This document shows positions 50,801 through 62,845 of a DNA stretch of 64,000 nt, piece after piece. Source of the DNA: Raillietiella orientalis (taxonomy: Eukaryota). Positions within the stretch are counted from its first letter, which is position 1. Each line of letters opens with the position of its first letter. Made by a program: the position numbers and the translations under genes. The stretch lies in the NCBI GenBank assembly GCA_036172245.1, contig JAYWIR010000044.1, forward strand, positions 62,001-126,000, in the 5' to 3' direction. Below the pieces are notes generated by a model. It searched no databases. It was not told the DNA's origin and saw nothing but the letters and a program-made list of their open reading frames with translations.

Positions 50801-52278
50801 GTGTTTTGGTTCTCCCTCCCCGGGCGCTCCGAACTCCGGCAGGTAACGCTGCAGTCCTCTTCGTCTCTGCTTGTTTTCTTGCACGTCTTCCTCCGCACTC
50901 TCTCCTGTTGGAGGCCACGCCGGAACGATCCCCGGGAGAAACGCGGGCTGTTTCTCCCGGGGAGCGTTCCTGCACTCCGGACCGGAATCTCCGGCTCCGT
51001 CCTGGGCAGGGGACGCAGTGCTTTACGGGGCCGAGAGGCTGCGAGCGAGGGCCAAGGGCCCGCCTTCCTTCCCCTCGCAGTGGAGGAGCAGTCACGCCCA
51101 AAGGGTTCCCGGAAAGCACTGCGGATGAGATCCGTCTCCGTCCACCTTCCGCTGCTGCCGCCTCTGGAGTCGCCGCTGTTCCTGTCAGCGTTCCTTCGCC
51201 GGCAGGTGGAACGCGTCCAGGACTCCCGGCTGCCAGAGCGCTCAGCCACGGTGGGGGAAGAGCGGATTTTTCTCTTCCGGCTCCGCCTCTCCCGCGACGT
51301 CTGAGGACCCGCGCCACCCGCTGCGGCGATCCACGCTTCCATGACGACAGGGTCCGCTGCAGCAGCCTGAGAGGGGACCAGAAATCTTCGTACTCCTTCC
51401 TGCATAACCCTGGAAGTCAGCAGCCAACCTCTGAATTCCTCCCCCAGGAGCCACGCGCGTCCCGGAAGCTTTCGTCCTTCGGGAAGAGCGCAGAAGGGGA
51501 GGCGGGTTTCTGCGCCCAGTGGAATCCTCTGGCAACGAACGCATCCCGGAAACGCCCGAGCCGGCTCCTTCCGAGAGTCTCCCCATCGTCCAGAGTCTCT
51601 GGAGGTGGAAGGCTAACTTTGTACCTCTTCTTGGTCCAAGCTGTCCTGGTGTTAAGCAAGGACGCGAGATGAGGTCCCGCTGTGTCTCCGGCTCTGAGGC
51701 CTCGACGATGTGCCCCAGAGAGAGGGATGCCGCTGGCGAGGCGCTTCGGCTGCGGGGTCAGTGGATTCCCGGGAGTCCCGCGCATGTGTTCGAGGTTTGG
51801 TCCGCGCGGGAGCTGCAGGTGGACGAAGCAAACAGCTTCCTCCATCTCCATCGCCTGTTCTCCTTCTTCTTCGAGCCTTCCCGTGATTTCGGAAGTTCCT
51901 GAGCCTCGGGCGGTGGACCATCCGGTGCTCTTAGCGAGTATCCCGGGAGCGCGCGCTGAATTTTCGCGGGCACCGCTTGTTTTTTTTTTCCGAGGCGTCC
52001 CACCCACTTCTTCCAGAATTTCCGATCTCACCGGCAACTCAGTCGCTCTCCGGATCTCACAGCTTTCGGGATATCCTTTTGGGGGACGGAGCAGAGGGCC
52101 CCCTTGCGGCGCCACCGACGTGGAACCCGTAAAGGCAGGACACGTGCCCGACATGACCACCTGCCCTTCTCCCTGGAGACTGCGTTCCGTTTGGGCTTCC
52201 AACGGGATCGTGGAATGGCCTGGTCGGCGGCTGCCACCCACCCACCCCACGTTTCCGAGAAGAATTCCTGGTTTCCTT

Positions 52279-52490
52279 GGAGGAGGAGGAAGAAGAGGAG
52301 GAATCTTCTGACAACCGTGGAAACCTGGAAACGCAGGCAACCTGGAAGACAGGAGGAGGAGGAGGAGGAACGAGGAAGAAAGAGAGAGAGGAAGGTGCAA
52401 AAAGGCAGGAGGTAGAGGAGGAAGGAGGAAGAAGGAAGGACGAGGAAGGGGGGAAGAAGAGGAGGTAGGGGAAAAGGGAGAGGAAGGAGG
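52279..52490. repeat. Low-complexity polypurine (GGA/GAA) tract
   Basis: Direct inspection; a similar tract lies at ~53440-53595. Confidence 0.85.
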
Positions 52491-53142
52491 TTCGTCATCG
52501 CTGACGCAAGGGACCCTCCGCCATCTCTTCTCGGTCTCCGCGTGCTTCATCTGTCTGCCGCTTCTCTCCCTCGGTGCGATGCGGCGGCTTCCCGATTGGT
52601 GCCTCTCTTTTCCCGGAAGTGCCGGACGTCGGAGTGCAGGTCCCCTTTCCCGCGGTCCTCCTCCGCCTGCCACCAGGGAACGGTGGGCTCCTCGAGCACC
52701 TCGTCGCTCTTCTCACGTTCCCAAAGGGACTCACAGCTTTCCCCAACGCGCAGTGTGGGACGCGTTCCGGAGAGGGGACTGCAAGCCAAAGATTCCGCGT
52801 CCTTGGCTGATCCCCTCCACCCCCTCAATGCCGTGCGAAAAGGTTGCCGCGCCATCTGAGGCCAAACCGAAAAAGCTTCGGTGGCGCAGTCATCACATCA
52901 CCGGCAGCCCATCAGCATGCCTCTCCCCGCCCTCCATGAATTCCGCACGGTCCTCCCCGCCTCCCCCCTCCCAATCCAGCCCCGTCTCTCCTCTCTCCTC
53001 CTTCCGTTCCACCCCGGGACGACGCATTAAAATCCCTTATTAGAGAGAGTTCAAGAATTCCTCCCGCTCCGAGCATCTGTTATCTTCGATTCTTCAAGGT
53101 GTAATTGCCGCTCATTGGGAACAAATGAGCTCACATTAAAGA

Positions 53143-53855
53143 TTTCAAATTCCATTCCAGTTGGAATTACCGGCTCTTATCGAAGAGGCATCAGGCAATT
53201 TCATCCCGCATTTAACAAGGAAGTTTACTTGTCAGTGGACGGAGCACGGTTGCCGGGAGATTCCTGGATGCGCGTCTCAGCTCCGTGAGGCGGGGGAGGA
53301 AGGGGGGAGGGGAAACCGGCCGTTCGCCCGAGGGGCCTCCGGGACACGGGTCGCCGTTCTGCCGCCCGCGCGGCTCCACCGGTGCTCTCTCAGGCAAACT
53401 CGGGGCGACTCTGCTTCTGAGCGCGCGACCTTCTCGGAAGAAGGCAGGAGGAGGAGGAGAAGGGAGGGAGGAAGGGAAGAGAAAGAGGAAGAGAGAGAAA
53501 GGCAGGAGGGGAAGGAAGGAACGAGGAGGAAGAGGAGGAAGGCAAGAAGAGGAGAAGAATGAGGAAGGGGGGGGGGAGGAGAAGGAAGAAGGAGGTTTCA
53601 AATTCCATTCCAGTTGGAATTACCGGCTCTTATCGAAGAGGCATCAGGCAATTTCATCCCGCATTTAACAAGGAAGTTTACTCGTCAGTGGACGGAGCAC
53701 GGTTGCCGGGAGATTCCTGGATGCGCGTCTCAGCTCCGTGAGGCGGGGGTGGAAGGAAGCCGGCCGTTCGCCCGAGGGGCCTCCGGGACACGGGTCGACG
53801 CTCCGCCGGCACTTCCTCGGGGCAACTGCTTTCCGAGCGCGCGACCTTCTTGGAG
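53143..53855. repeat. Local direct duplication, period 453 bp (copies start 53143 and 53596), separated by a purine tract
   Basis: TTTCAAATTCCATTCCAGTTGGAATTACCGG...CAGCTCCGTGAGGCGGGGG is nearly identical over ~150 bp, with weaker similarity to ~260-290 bp. Confidence 0.92.
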
Positions 53856-56800
53856 GTGTTCCTCCCCTTTGGGGAACCCTGCGCGAGAGACTTCTTTAAT
53901 AAAGAGGGGAGGAGGGAACGCTGTGAGCGTTTCCGAGGAAGCGTCCTTCTGTCACCACGGTGATTGGAAGGGCGCCTTCCCAGATTTCCCGCGTGTCCCG
54001 ACACATCATCCCCACGTGTCCTGTCGTTACTTTCCGTCTTTCGAACGTTTTCGATCAGGAAAAGGCGGCGCCCGTGGCTCTCGCGAGGGGAAACCGCGCG
54101 CGTCCTCCCCCAAAAATCCGCGGTCTCCGAGCAACAGGGAGAAAAAAATCCGATCGCCGGGACGGTAATGCGGGGAGGAGGAAGGAGGCGCGTCGGTCGG
54201 TCGGTCGGAATCCCTGCACCCGCTCGTCTCGCAGCGCGGAAGGCCTTTCCGGATCCAGAGGGGCACCAGCGGAGCCAAAATCCCGCCCCCCTCTTCCTCA
54301 GTGGAGCACCGGGCTGCGAGATCGAGACGGCGTCCGTCGTCCGGCGGGAAATCACGAGATCGCCGTGGAGCGCGGATCCGCTGCATCTTGTGCCTTGTAT
54401 CCCCTGAGATCCTGGCCCCTACTTGGCGGTGATTTGTGGGATGCTGAGGAAACCGTGCGCAGCGAGCTCTGACGACGGGAGGCGCCCCAGGAAGGACACA
54501 CACACACACACACAAAAAAAAAGAAAAGGAACCACGCGACGAGGATCCTCAATGGTCAACACGCTGCTGCCGTAACGGAACCGTTTCCGACCGAGAGGGA
54601 GTAAGGCAGGCGGAAGCAAACGTCTTCTTCTTCCCGTACGACTCCCGCCAGCTGCTGCGGTGGCTGGGGAGAAGCACAGCCTACGCCTGCGGTTCTTCAC
54701 CGGGAGCACCGCCTAGCCCCGGCAGAGGAGGTCGCCAGGAAGAGAGCCCCGGGGCTGCCGACCTCGAATAGACCCCTTCCCCGAGCAGATTGCACAACTG
54801 CGACTCGATCCAGGAAGGTCGGAAGAGGTCCCTGCTCCGCCGGAGCACCGGTCCCCCGCCGGCGGCCGTTTCTTGCCCACGGGGGCGCGAGAGGTGCAAG
54901 AGCGGAAGTTCTTCCGCGCGGCATTCAGCTCTCTTCCGCCTGCGCGCAGCTGGCAGGAAGGCTGGCTGCGCGCGTGTGACGAGAGCGCCGGTTTTCCCCC
55001 TCGCTCGCGGGAAGGAGGAGGGGGAAGGGAGGGTAAAATAAATAAATAAATAAGGCAGCGGCGGCAAGCGGACTTCTCCGCTGGGCACGTCTACCGAAGC
55101 GTTCGATTTCGATGAAAATGCTAAGCAGTGCACCCCTCCCGCAGCCCTCTCGGCTGGATACTTAATAACGAACGAACTGGTAAGCAAATTACCCCCCTCT
55201 TTCCTTCCTGCTGCGTTGCCAAGTTTCCGGGGGACTTCAAAGTTTTTGTTTATGTTATGATTTCGGTCGGGAAACGCGTTCCTCCGATTGCTTTTGATGT
55301 CGACAGATTTGTGCGACCACTTTTTTTTTTTTTTTTTCCCCCCCCTCCTCACTCTTCCTTAAACTGGAAAACGAGGTTTTCTTTCCGGGATGGGGACGAA
55401 GGGGGGGGGGGGGAAGGTAGGCGTTTCCCGATGAAATGAGCGTTCCTTCCTCTGCGCAGGCCTCGTCCGCATCTCCCGGCTCGCGTCGATGCGGACCCGG
55501 AAGCGCGTCCGTCCCTCTGCAGCCGGCGGCGAGGAGCGAAGCTCCTAACGCTCGCTCTTTTCGGGAGCGGCGGCGCTTCCCGGGCGCGCAGAGCGGCGAC
55601 GGCAGCCGGCAAAAGAGGGGCGTCCTCCGTGGGAGCGCGCCGCCGCGCGGGGGTCGCAGGAAAGGCCCTCGCGGCGCATGACCGCTGCCCGTGTGTGCCC
55701 CCTCCCCGCTCCCAACTCCGCTGCCACGACCGACGACGACGGAAGGAAGTCGTTCCGGAAGGCGCTCTCCGAGACGTCCTCCTTCGGCGGAAGTCACCCC
55801 CAGTAAGTCGGCCGGTCGCTTCCGGTCGAGTCGCCCGCAACTATGAACGACCTCCCCCCCCCTCCCGCACTCTGGGCTCGGGCCCGCACGAAGAACCATC
55901 TGCCGCGACTGGAACCTCCCTCGCCGTGGCTCCTAGACCGGTCCCGAGCCTGCGGCCGTCCTCAAGGAGGAAGTCAAGCAAGCAGAGACAAAAACCTCGG
56001 TGCAGGGAGGAAGGGCCGTTAAGACGAATTTCCCCACCCTTGAGAACCCTCCTTCCTCCCTCCGGGAGAAAGGGCTACTTAAGTCACTTCAAGGACTCCC
56101 ATCTATCCCAAGAACAAGGACACAAGAGATGTTCTGCGAGGACAGCTCCTTTTATTGAGTGAACGGGGCATCCACGCAGAGTGAGGCGGCCAGTATCTTT
56201 ACCGTGTCATTCGGCGAGGGTAAAACCTGACATGACCAAACAAAGCTCCCTCCCTCCCATTGCCTAACCCAATCTAACCTACGGAACCTGCCCTTCGCCA
56301 TCTTGTTTTGCGAAGCCAGTTCCGTTTACTGAGTGACTGGAGGGATTTCGAGGAATAAAGGGGATGATGGCTCTTCATGCCATCTCTGCATGTTCTGTCC
56401 ATCTTGTTCGATGCGTATGGGGTCATGGAATCGCCTTCTCCATCCGCATCAGTTGGTACCAGTTCTTCTCGGACGTCGATGTTCCGATCGGCTGCTCTTC
56501 ATCAGGAGGGTGTCCCAGCCCTGTAGAGGCTGCCAGAAGGCTCCTCGTCTTGTCGAAGTGCAGCTTGCGGTACCTCCACGGTCTCTTCATTTCGGGGATT
56601 CCAGGACCTACTGGGGGGTTCGGGCGGTGGCGGTGGAGCCGTCCCATGTTGGACAACGCAGCCGGAATGGACGCGCGTTCTCGAAGTCAACCCGGGGAGA
56701 CACCGACCTGCATGGTCAAGTGCCCGGAAGAAGACCAAAGGCCATCTTTCGTCCATCGGCAGACTCGATCGAGGCAGTCCGTCCGATGGCGAAAAATCCC

Positions 56801-58012
56801 CGCCCCTGGGAGAAGCGAAACCGCGGCTTCGGACGCCCGCGGCCGCCCGAGGCACGGCGAGAGACAACGGGGGGGGCAGGAACCCCGGCCATCAGGATGG
56901 GACCAGCATGCGCGGGTTCCCGAACGCGGATGCACTATCCACTTCGCCCGCGGGGCGGAAGATGATGCGTGACGGGGCTCCACTTGGGGCGGCGGCTGAG
57001 CTGCTGGAGCCGTCGGTCCGGCCAAGAGGTCCATCGCCCGGGAAGCGATAGGAGGAGGGGGAGGGGGGAGTACCTCTCCCTGCTCGGAAACCGCGAATTG
57101 CGGCCTCGGAGAGCTCGGCACGCCAAAAACGTGGCTTCCAGCAATTCATCATCGCGGCTGCAGTCCGGCTGACTTTTCACATCTCCCAAGAAAACCAAAA
57201 AAAAAAGAAGAGAGAGAGAGAGAGAGAGAAGAGAACGAGCGTGTCTCAGGAGCCGCTGGTAAAGGAGCTCCGAAATTTCCATCCAGGGCTGCTATCCGCT
57301 GCTTTCTGTTGGTACAGGTGAATCCCTCCTCGCGATTCGTCGTGACTCCTAACCCGAGCGGGAAGCAGCGCGCGACCATCCCGCGGGCTACTTTGCCCGG
57401 AGGGGAAAACGGAACGACCTCTGAGCTGTCCCGGGCAAGTGGCACACCCCAAAGCGGCAGCGCCTTCTGGGATCGTTCCGCTATGCCTGCCCAGCATCCC
57501 TGGTTTCTGCTTCTCGTCGGAGAGCGGCACTCACGTCGATTACTCGGTGAGCGGCCAGCGACATCCTTGCTCTCGCCACAAGGCGGGGTGAGAGGTCGTA
57601 GGTGATGGAATTGCAGTCGCTCCGACCTTGTCGAACCCAACTGCCTTGGTTCCGGGCGGAGAGCGTCAACAGGAGGCATCGTCACGCGGTTGCCAAAGAA
57701 CGCACCGTGAAGAGCGGCCGAGCAAAGATGGTGGCGTCTCCCTCCATTCAGCGCCTGCTGGGAGCACCGGCTAGTACACCTTCCCAACGACCAAGCGCAG
57801 GCCTGCATGGTCCGGAAGAGTGCATGCCTCCAGCAGAGCGCCCTGCCCAACAGCAAAGAGCCTCCTCTGCTGAACGCAAGACGGCGGAGTCGAAGCGCGG
57901 CGTCCACCTCTGTTCGGCAAAGGTCTCAGGTCAGCCCGACGGGGCACCCGTCGCGGACCACCCGTTCCGATCCTCTGAGTACGAAAGAATCGTTCGCCTG
58001 GGGACGAACGAA

Positions 58013-58600
58013 GCTCTGTGACAGTATTCACGCCACCCGAGGGCGCGTGTGACTCTTCAAGGGGGTACATCGAGGGGGGGGGACGACCGTAGGAGTTCAG
58101 GAATGCTCTGGAGGAAGGAGGAGTCCGTTCCTGTTGCGCTTGGTAGGGGGGAACCCGAAGGGAACCACCTTCCTCGTTCCTTCCGGAGACACACTCCCAG
58201 TTTGTGGGGCCGCTCCGGGGGGAACCCGGAAAGGACAAGCTCCCTGTCTCCTCCTCTTTCAAATTTCTCTAAAAGGCGCTTCCCGAAGGGAGCAGGGCGC
58301 TTTTTACGCTCTCAGGAGGCAACCCCCCAGGGGGTATCGATGTATCAACCAGCTCGATGGTACGGCTCCATATTTTCGCAACCGGATGGGAATCCAGATT
58401 CCTGGAAGGATCCAATCTCAGCCAGTCAATGGGGCTTCCACCAGTGCTGCACTCCGAAGTTACCCAGCATCATCTAGCGGGAGGACTCAGAACCCACCAC
58501 GCGCCCATTCCTCTGGAGACGATCTTTCCCCACGCAGGATTCGAAACGGCTACGCTAGGTTCCGCCGACGCGCCGACCGCATCCCACCTACGGGAGCGTG
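58013..58600 (-). mobile_element. SINE-like element, copy 4 (more diverged, intron 1)
   Basis: Reverse strand has B-box-like GTTTCGAATCC, then GTGGGTTCTGAGT, CCTTTCCGGGTTCCC, GGAACGGACTCC and the tail CTTGAAGAGTCACACGCGCCCTCGGGTGGCGTG. The 5' limit is approximate. Confidence 0.65.
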
Positions 58601-58779
58601 GGGACAGTAGCCGACCGGTTTACGTCTGCACAGAGGGAGGAGTGGTAGAACTCATGAGCGCCTGAGAACCTTCGGACGGCATGACGCCAAGTGTGCTCGC
58701 TCCCGTGGGGACTGCACCGATAGGCAGACCACCTGGACGCACCCCGTGGCTGTACGTGTGGTGTCCTCACTCTCCTCTT

Positions 58780-59240
58780 GGACGCTTCAGTGCTTCCCTC
58801 ACCTCCAGGGTGCAATACCAGGCGACGCTCTGGGGCTTTCCTGTGCAACCGCCGCACGAATCTTCAAATCACCGATCGAATCTCTCCCGCATCCTCTTCG
58901 TCTGGACCGCATGTTCCTCCGCGGAGGATGGCAGCATCCCTCTTGTATCCGGAAGACTCCCTTAGGCGGCACCTGCGGCAGTTCCTCAAGCCGCAAGGAC
59001 TCTCGACCGCCGGGGACGCTGGAGATGCCGTGCCGCACTCGTGCGGCGGTCGCGAATCTCCACGTGGCGGGGGCGGCCTCCCAAAGGGGCGAGGGCCAGT
59101 CTACGAAACGGAGCCCACAGTCTTTGTCCCGGAGCCACAAACGTTTGCTCCCGTCCGTTCTCCCTCTGTTTGGATCAACTTTGCTCCTTGACCACTGTCC
59201 TGCACGCGGGCGCGCCTTTAGGACACGTAAATCTACTCGA
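58780..59240 (+). mobile_element. Decayed PIF/Harbinger-like transposase remnant, tentative
   Basis: CFPHLQGAIPG (cf. FPxCxGAIDG), PVQPP, INF...ARGRAFR (cf. FNxxLSxxRxxVERAFG). Confidence 0.35.
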
Positions 59241-62200
59241 AATAAACGTCCCGGCGTGACCGGGGTCAACCACGAAGCTGGGCAGGAAGGGGAGGGGGTG
59301 GGGGGACATGGAGGATGCGAGAAATCTCTCCATCTTGCTTTCATCTGGTCACATGATCCCGGACCCCCCGAACCGGCAACTTCCTGCTTCCGCGTCGCCC
59401 GCTTCTTCGCCTCCAGGCAAGGCGGGTCGAAGGGGACAGCGAGCCCTCCGCGCTGTTTTCGCTTTCTCCTGGCCAGAGGGATCACTCTCTCACCTTGTGC
59501 AGAACCGACAGCAACGGTCATCGCTTGGGGGGAACGCGAGCGCGAGCAGCGCCGCGAGCGGCGTAGCTGAAAACGACCGCATTCTTGGCGACGCGCACGA
59601 GAACGCGAGGCGGACGCAAGGTGGCAGCAGCAGAGATCGGAAGACGACCGACAGCCCCCCTGATGTTCGGTGCTGCCGCGTCAGGTCGAACGAATAACGG
59701 TATTTTCTTTCCCTCTCCAACTGTTGCATGATTTATCCTCATCCGATAGTTAAAAAGTATGCTGACAGGCAAGGCAACCGATCAAAGGGGGGTTCGTCAC
59801 GTTCAGAGCAAGATGGTTGCCTAGGGGAGTTCCTGAGGAAAGCCCAAAGTGAGACTTCCCGGAGATCTGCGTTCTCCAAAGGGGCGGAAGCCACCCTACT
59901 GGGCACCCCTTGCCCCTGAGAATCGGTGCCTGCTCCAGGGCGGGACGCGAGGCGATGCGAGTGCAGGGAGCGGCAGCAGCGATTGCTTCTCCGCTTCTCC
60001 GCTAGAGGGTAGGGCACGCGCGCACCCAGTGGGCGCGCGAGAGGCTGCAGCTGTCCGGCGGCGAGCGGGGGTGCAACTCGAAACCCCCTTCGCACGGGGG
60101 CAGGCGAAGCGGCGCTGGGACGAAGTAGCGTCGAGCCGAGTGGTACCCGGGACAGCGCGGGTAGGACCGCGGGCAGACAGGGTCGAACGAGTCGAGGGTC
60201 AGAGAGGCTCTCGTCAGCTACAGGCGAAGAGGGTCTCGAACCGCCCGTTTCGCACCGTGCGCGCGGTGCGCAATCGCCAACGCCCCGCCGCATCCGTCCG
60301 GACGGCCGACGTCAGAACGCGAGGCAGCAAGTCGGCTGGGTGACCGGTAGAGCCTCCCGCCGACACGGGCAGAGAGCACCGGCTGGCCGGCGGACGTGTG
60401 CGGGCACCACTGCCGAGCCATCCGGACACCGCCAGCGGGAAGGAGGTGCCATGTCGACCGAGCGGCTCCGGCAGTAGGCACCCTCCCCACTGCTATCGAT
60501 CCCCCCCCGCGCGTCAGTTCGGTTTGCGTTCCCCCGTTTCGCACGTAACCCAACTGCTCCGAACTGCAGTGCCTCCGTCGCGGTTTCCTTGGAAACAAAT
60601 TTCGAAAAATCAAGAAAATCGCTTCCTATTATTTCGGAGATCGTGAGGCACGAAGCCGCTGCTAAACTTTTAATGCTCCAGGAGCAGCCTGCGTCCCTCT
60701 CTGATTCTCGCGGCGGAAGCGGAAGTTTTTTTTTTTTTTTTTTTTTTTGCGCCTTCGCCTGCTGCAAGAACGCCGCCGCCGTTTCCAACGGCAACGCCGG
60801 ATTCCGGAGAGCCGCCAGGGGCTTGCTGTTTCTTCTGCTTCGAGGGCATCTTCCCCGCCCTGCCGGCCTGCCTGCACCCGCGTGTCCACGAGGTCGTTCG
60901 CCTGGATCCCGGGGGGTGCGCTGCTGGGCGACCGTAAGCGTGAGGAGCAAGGCGACGGAGTTTCGGGGGAGCGCAGGGGTGGGACGGGGAGAAAATCAAT
61001 TTCCTGGCCTGCTGCCCCCCTCCCCTTCTTTCTGTCGAGGGACCAGGAGCCTCAAGGGGAGGTTCGCTGACCTGAACTCGGCGCGGAGTCTCAGTGACCT
61101 CCTTCGTTGTCCTCCACCTCCGGAGCGCTGCGGGGTCAGGCGGGTCGCTCCCTCCCTCGCGTCGCGCTATCCTGGAAGGACCGCTAGAGCGAGCGCGCTC
61201 TTTCGGGGTCGTCCGCTGACCCGTCGCCGCCGGGAGCGGGGCCGCACTTTGCACCGACCCACCACCCCTGCCGCTTCCCCACGCTCCCCACGGTCCGGAC
61301 GTCGTCTCCAAAGCACCGCCTCGAGGACGAACACCGCGGCGAGATGGGGACTCAAAGATTTTGCATGCCCGTCGAGGACCGCGCACGCGGAGCGCCCCCG
61401 TCCCGCTCCGCTGCCATGGCAACCGTCCGCTTTTTCCACGAGCACGTTCCCGCGGGAACTCTGCAGTTCCCTTTCAGCTTCCCTCCGAGAAAGGGAAGAG
61501 GCAAAAAAAGTATGCGCATTGCCGGGCGACGTACCGCCGCGTCGCAAGGCCGGGGAGGACCAGTGGTCTCCACGACGATCCCTGAAGCGACAGAAAGGGA
61601 CGCGACAAACGGAGAGTACGGGAGGAAATCGGACGGAGCCGCGTGCCACGGAGACGGAAGGTGACCGTATCCGGCGTCGCGAGATGGGGGTCCAGGGATC
61701 CACCGCTTCCCTCCTTCCCGGTGGGGCCGGTTTCCGGGGGATGGACCGGCGGATCCGCGCGCACCTCCTCAGGAGCGAGAGGGCCAGGTCGCGGCAGCTT
61801 CCACGCGACCTCCGTCCTTCGCCTGGCGGAGGAGGAGACTCGGGGCTGCTGTGACTCTGGTCTCCCGTCTCCCGAAAGACAGGAGGAGGAAGCGAGGGGG
61901 AAGAGGAGAAGGCGCTGCGGGGTCCGCGCAGCGGCCAATCGCTCCGAGGCCACATGACTCCGAAGCCTCGGAGGGAGAGAGGCGATTTCCACAGGGTTGC
62001 CAGGGGTGGGGGGCGGCGGCGAGGCGGCGTCGCGGGAGAGGAGGCCGAGCGAGCGAGAGCAACCGGTCGGTCGCCCCGGAGACCTTCCGCCCTCCACCCT
62101 CCCGCGTCTGGTCGGGCGCGTCCGTCCGCGGACGCTCGTGCGCGATCCTTCCGGAAGTGCGAGATGCCGCCTTCCCTGTTGCCGGGAGACCGCCCCTTCC

Positions 62201-62389
62201 CGGTGCGTCGGGATTTCTCAACGGGACCGCCCGGTTTGAGCAGGCAGCTTGCCAGCAGGGTCCAGTTGCGACGGGGTCACGCGACCTCGGACCCGGGAGT
62301 CGAGCGGGTGAGGGGAAGGAGCTCCTTCTCCGGGCCGGGCGACGGCAGTGCGAGACGGATCGGGTCAAGGGTGCGCGCACCCTGCTTAC

Positions 62390-62474
62390 CTTCGCTTCCT
62401 CCGGCGGCGGCGCAGAGGTCCGGGGACAATGTCGCGCCGTGGATGAGCACGCCAACCAGCACGGCGAGCGCCAT
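62390..62474 (-). CDS. Dpr-like gene coding exon 1 (signal peptide)
   Basis: Strong start context gtcgccATGG; hydrophobic MALAVLVGVLIHGATLS; ends GAA G|gtaagc (phase-1 donor) matching the phase-1 acceptor of exon 2. The link across the 18.8-kb intron is inferred. Confidence 0.75.
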
Positions 62475-62488
62475 GGCGACGCGGGCCG

Positions 62489-62530
62489 TCACTCCTGCGG
62501 AGGGGCCTCCGGCCGCGAGCGCCCGCTCAT
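62489..62530 (-). promoter_or_regulatory. Upstream ORF (13 aa, MSGRSRPEAPPQE*) in the putative 5' UTR
   Basis: gttgccATGagc...GAG TGA; out of frame with the main ATG and ending 14 nt before it. Only relevant if the TSS lies above 62530. Confidence 0.5.
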
Positions 62531-62833
62531 GGCAACGCGGACGCACTGGCGGGAGCCGCCGCGGCAACGGACGACGGGCGCGTGCGCCTAGAAGCTGTCT
62601 CTCCCCGAGGAAGAGACGGGCGCACTCGCAACAGTAGGACGCCACAGGGGGGGCGCGCGGGAGGAGGGGTCCGCACCGCCCCCAGCGCAACCTCGCTGAC
62701 CACCCGCCCTCGCACCCAGTGCGCACGCTCGGCGGCGGCGGCGGCGGCGCTCCGAGTCTGCCGCGCGAGCGCACCTGCGCAGCTCTGCGCGCGAATGCAG
62801 CCGGCGGGACGTGCGCACCCGCGCTCAAGATCG

Positions 62834-62845
62834 CGCGCATGCGCA
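62834..62845. promoter_or_regulatory. NRF-1/Erect-wing-type palindromic site in the CpG-rich putative promoter
   Basis: Minus strand TGCGCATGCGCG matches YGCGCAYGCGCR, about 360 bp upstream of the ATG, within a very CpG-rich stretch (~61.9-63.5 kb). Confidence 0.45.

Larger units (their letters stand above)
28639..62474 (-). other. Gene span (ATG to stop) of a Dpr (defective proboscis extension response)/ZIG-8-like two-Ig-domain, probably GPI-anchored cell-recognition protein; 5 coding exons, 282 aa
   Basis: Exons 62474-62390, 43598-43468, 36928-36718, 29268-28963 and 28754-28639 (85+131+211+306+116=849 nt) splice in frame with GT..AG introns of phase 1,0,1,1. Product: MALAVLVGVLIHGATLSPDLCAAAGGSE-EHLIGRQK...NVVLAQIQRRAYIPCYIKRLGKRS-VSWIRKRDSYIISVD...DQGIYECQIS...LQVL-VPLVDITPSGDFHVNQGGSAVMRC...DQGLYMCYP...NVTLHVLN-GEKSAAMKR...ATALAILLLAAGSSP*. 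The specific paralogue cannot be assigned without a search. Confidence 0.9.

Noticed and set aside
51417..52673. 418-aa ORF, and similar long ORFs at 60589-61854, 46426-47397, 62582-63547 and 50494-51405
   Set aside because: GC-rich intronic or promoter DNA with overlapping ORFs in several frames, low-complexity R/P/G/S content and no recognisable domain; chance open frames.
56170..56960. Possible Helitron/MADF-type remnant (CTAACCCAATCTAACCT, KRPWRYRKLHF)
   Set aside because: Signals too weak to assign by eye.
62475..62840. In-frame upstream ATG giving a 122-aa N-terminal extension of exon 1
   Set aside because: It would bury the signal peptide, the ATG lies within the promoter-like palindrome, and stop-free GC-rich sequence is expected by chance.
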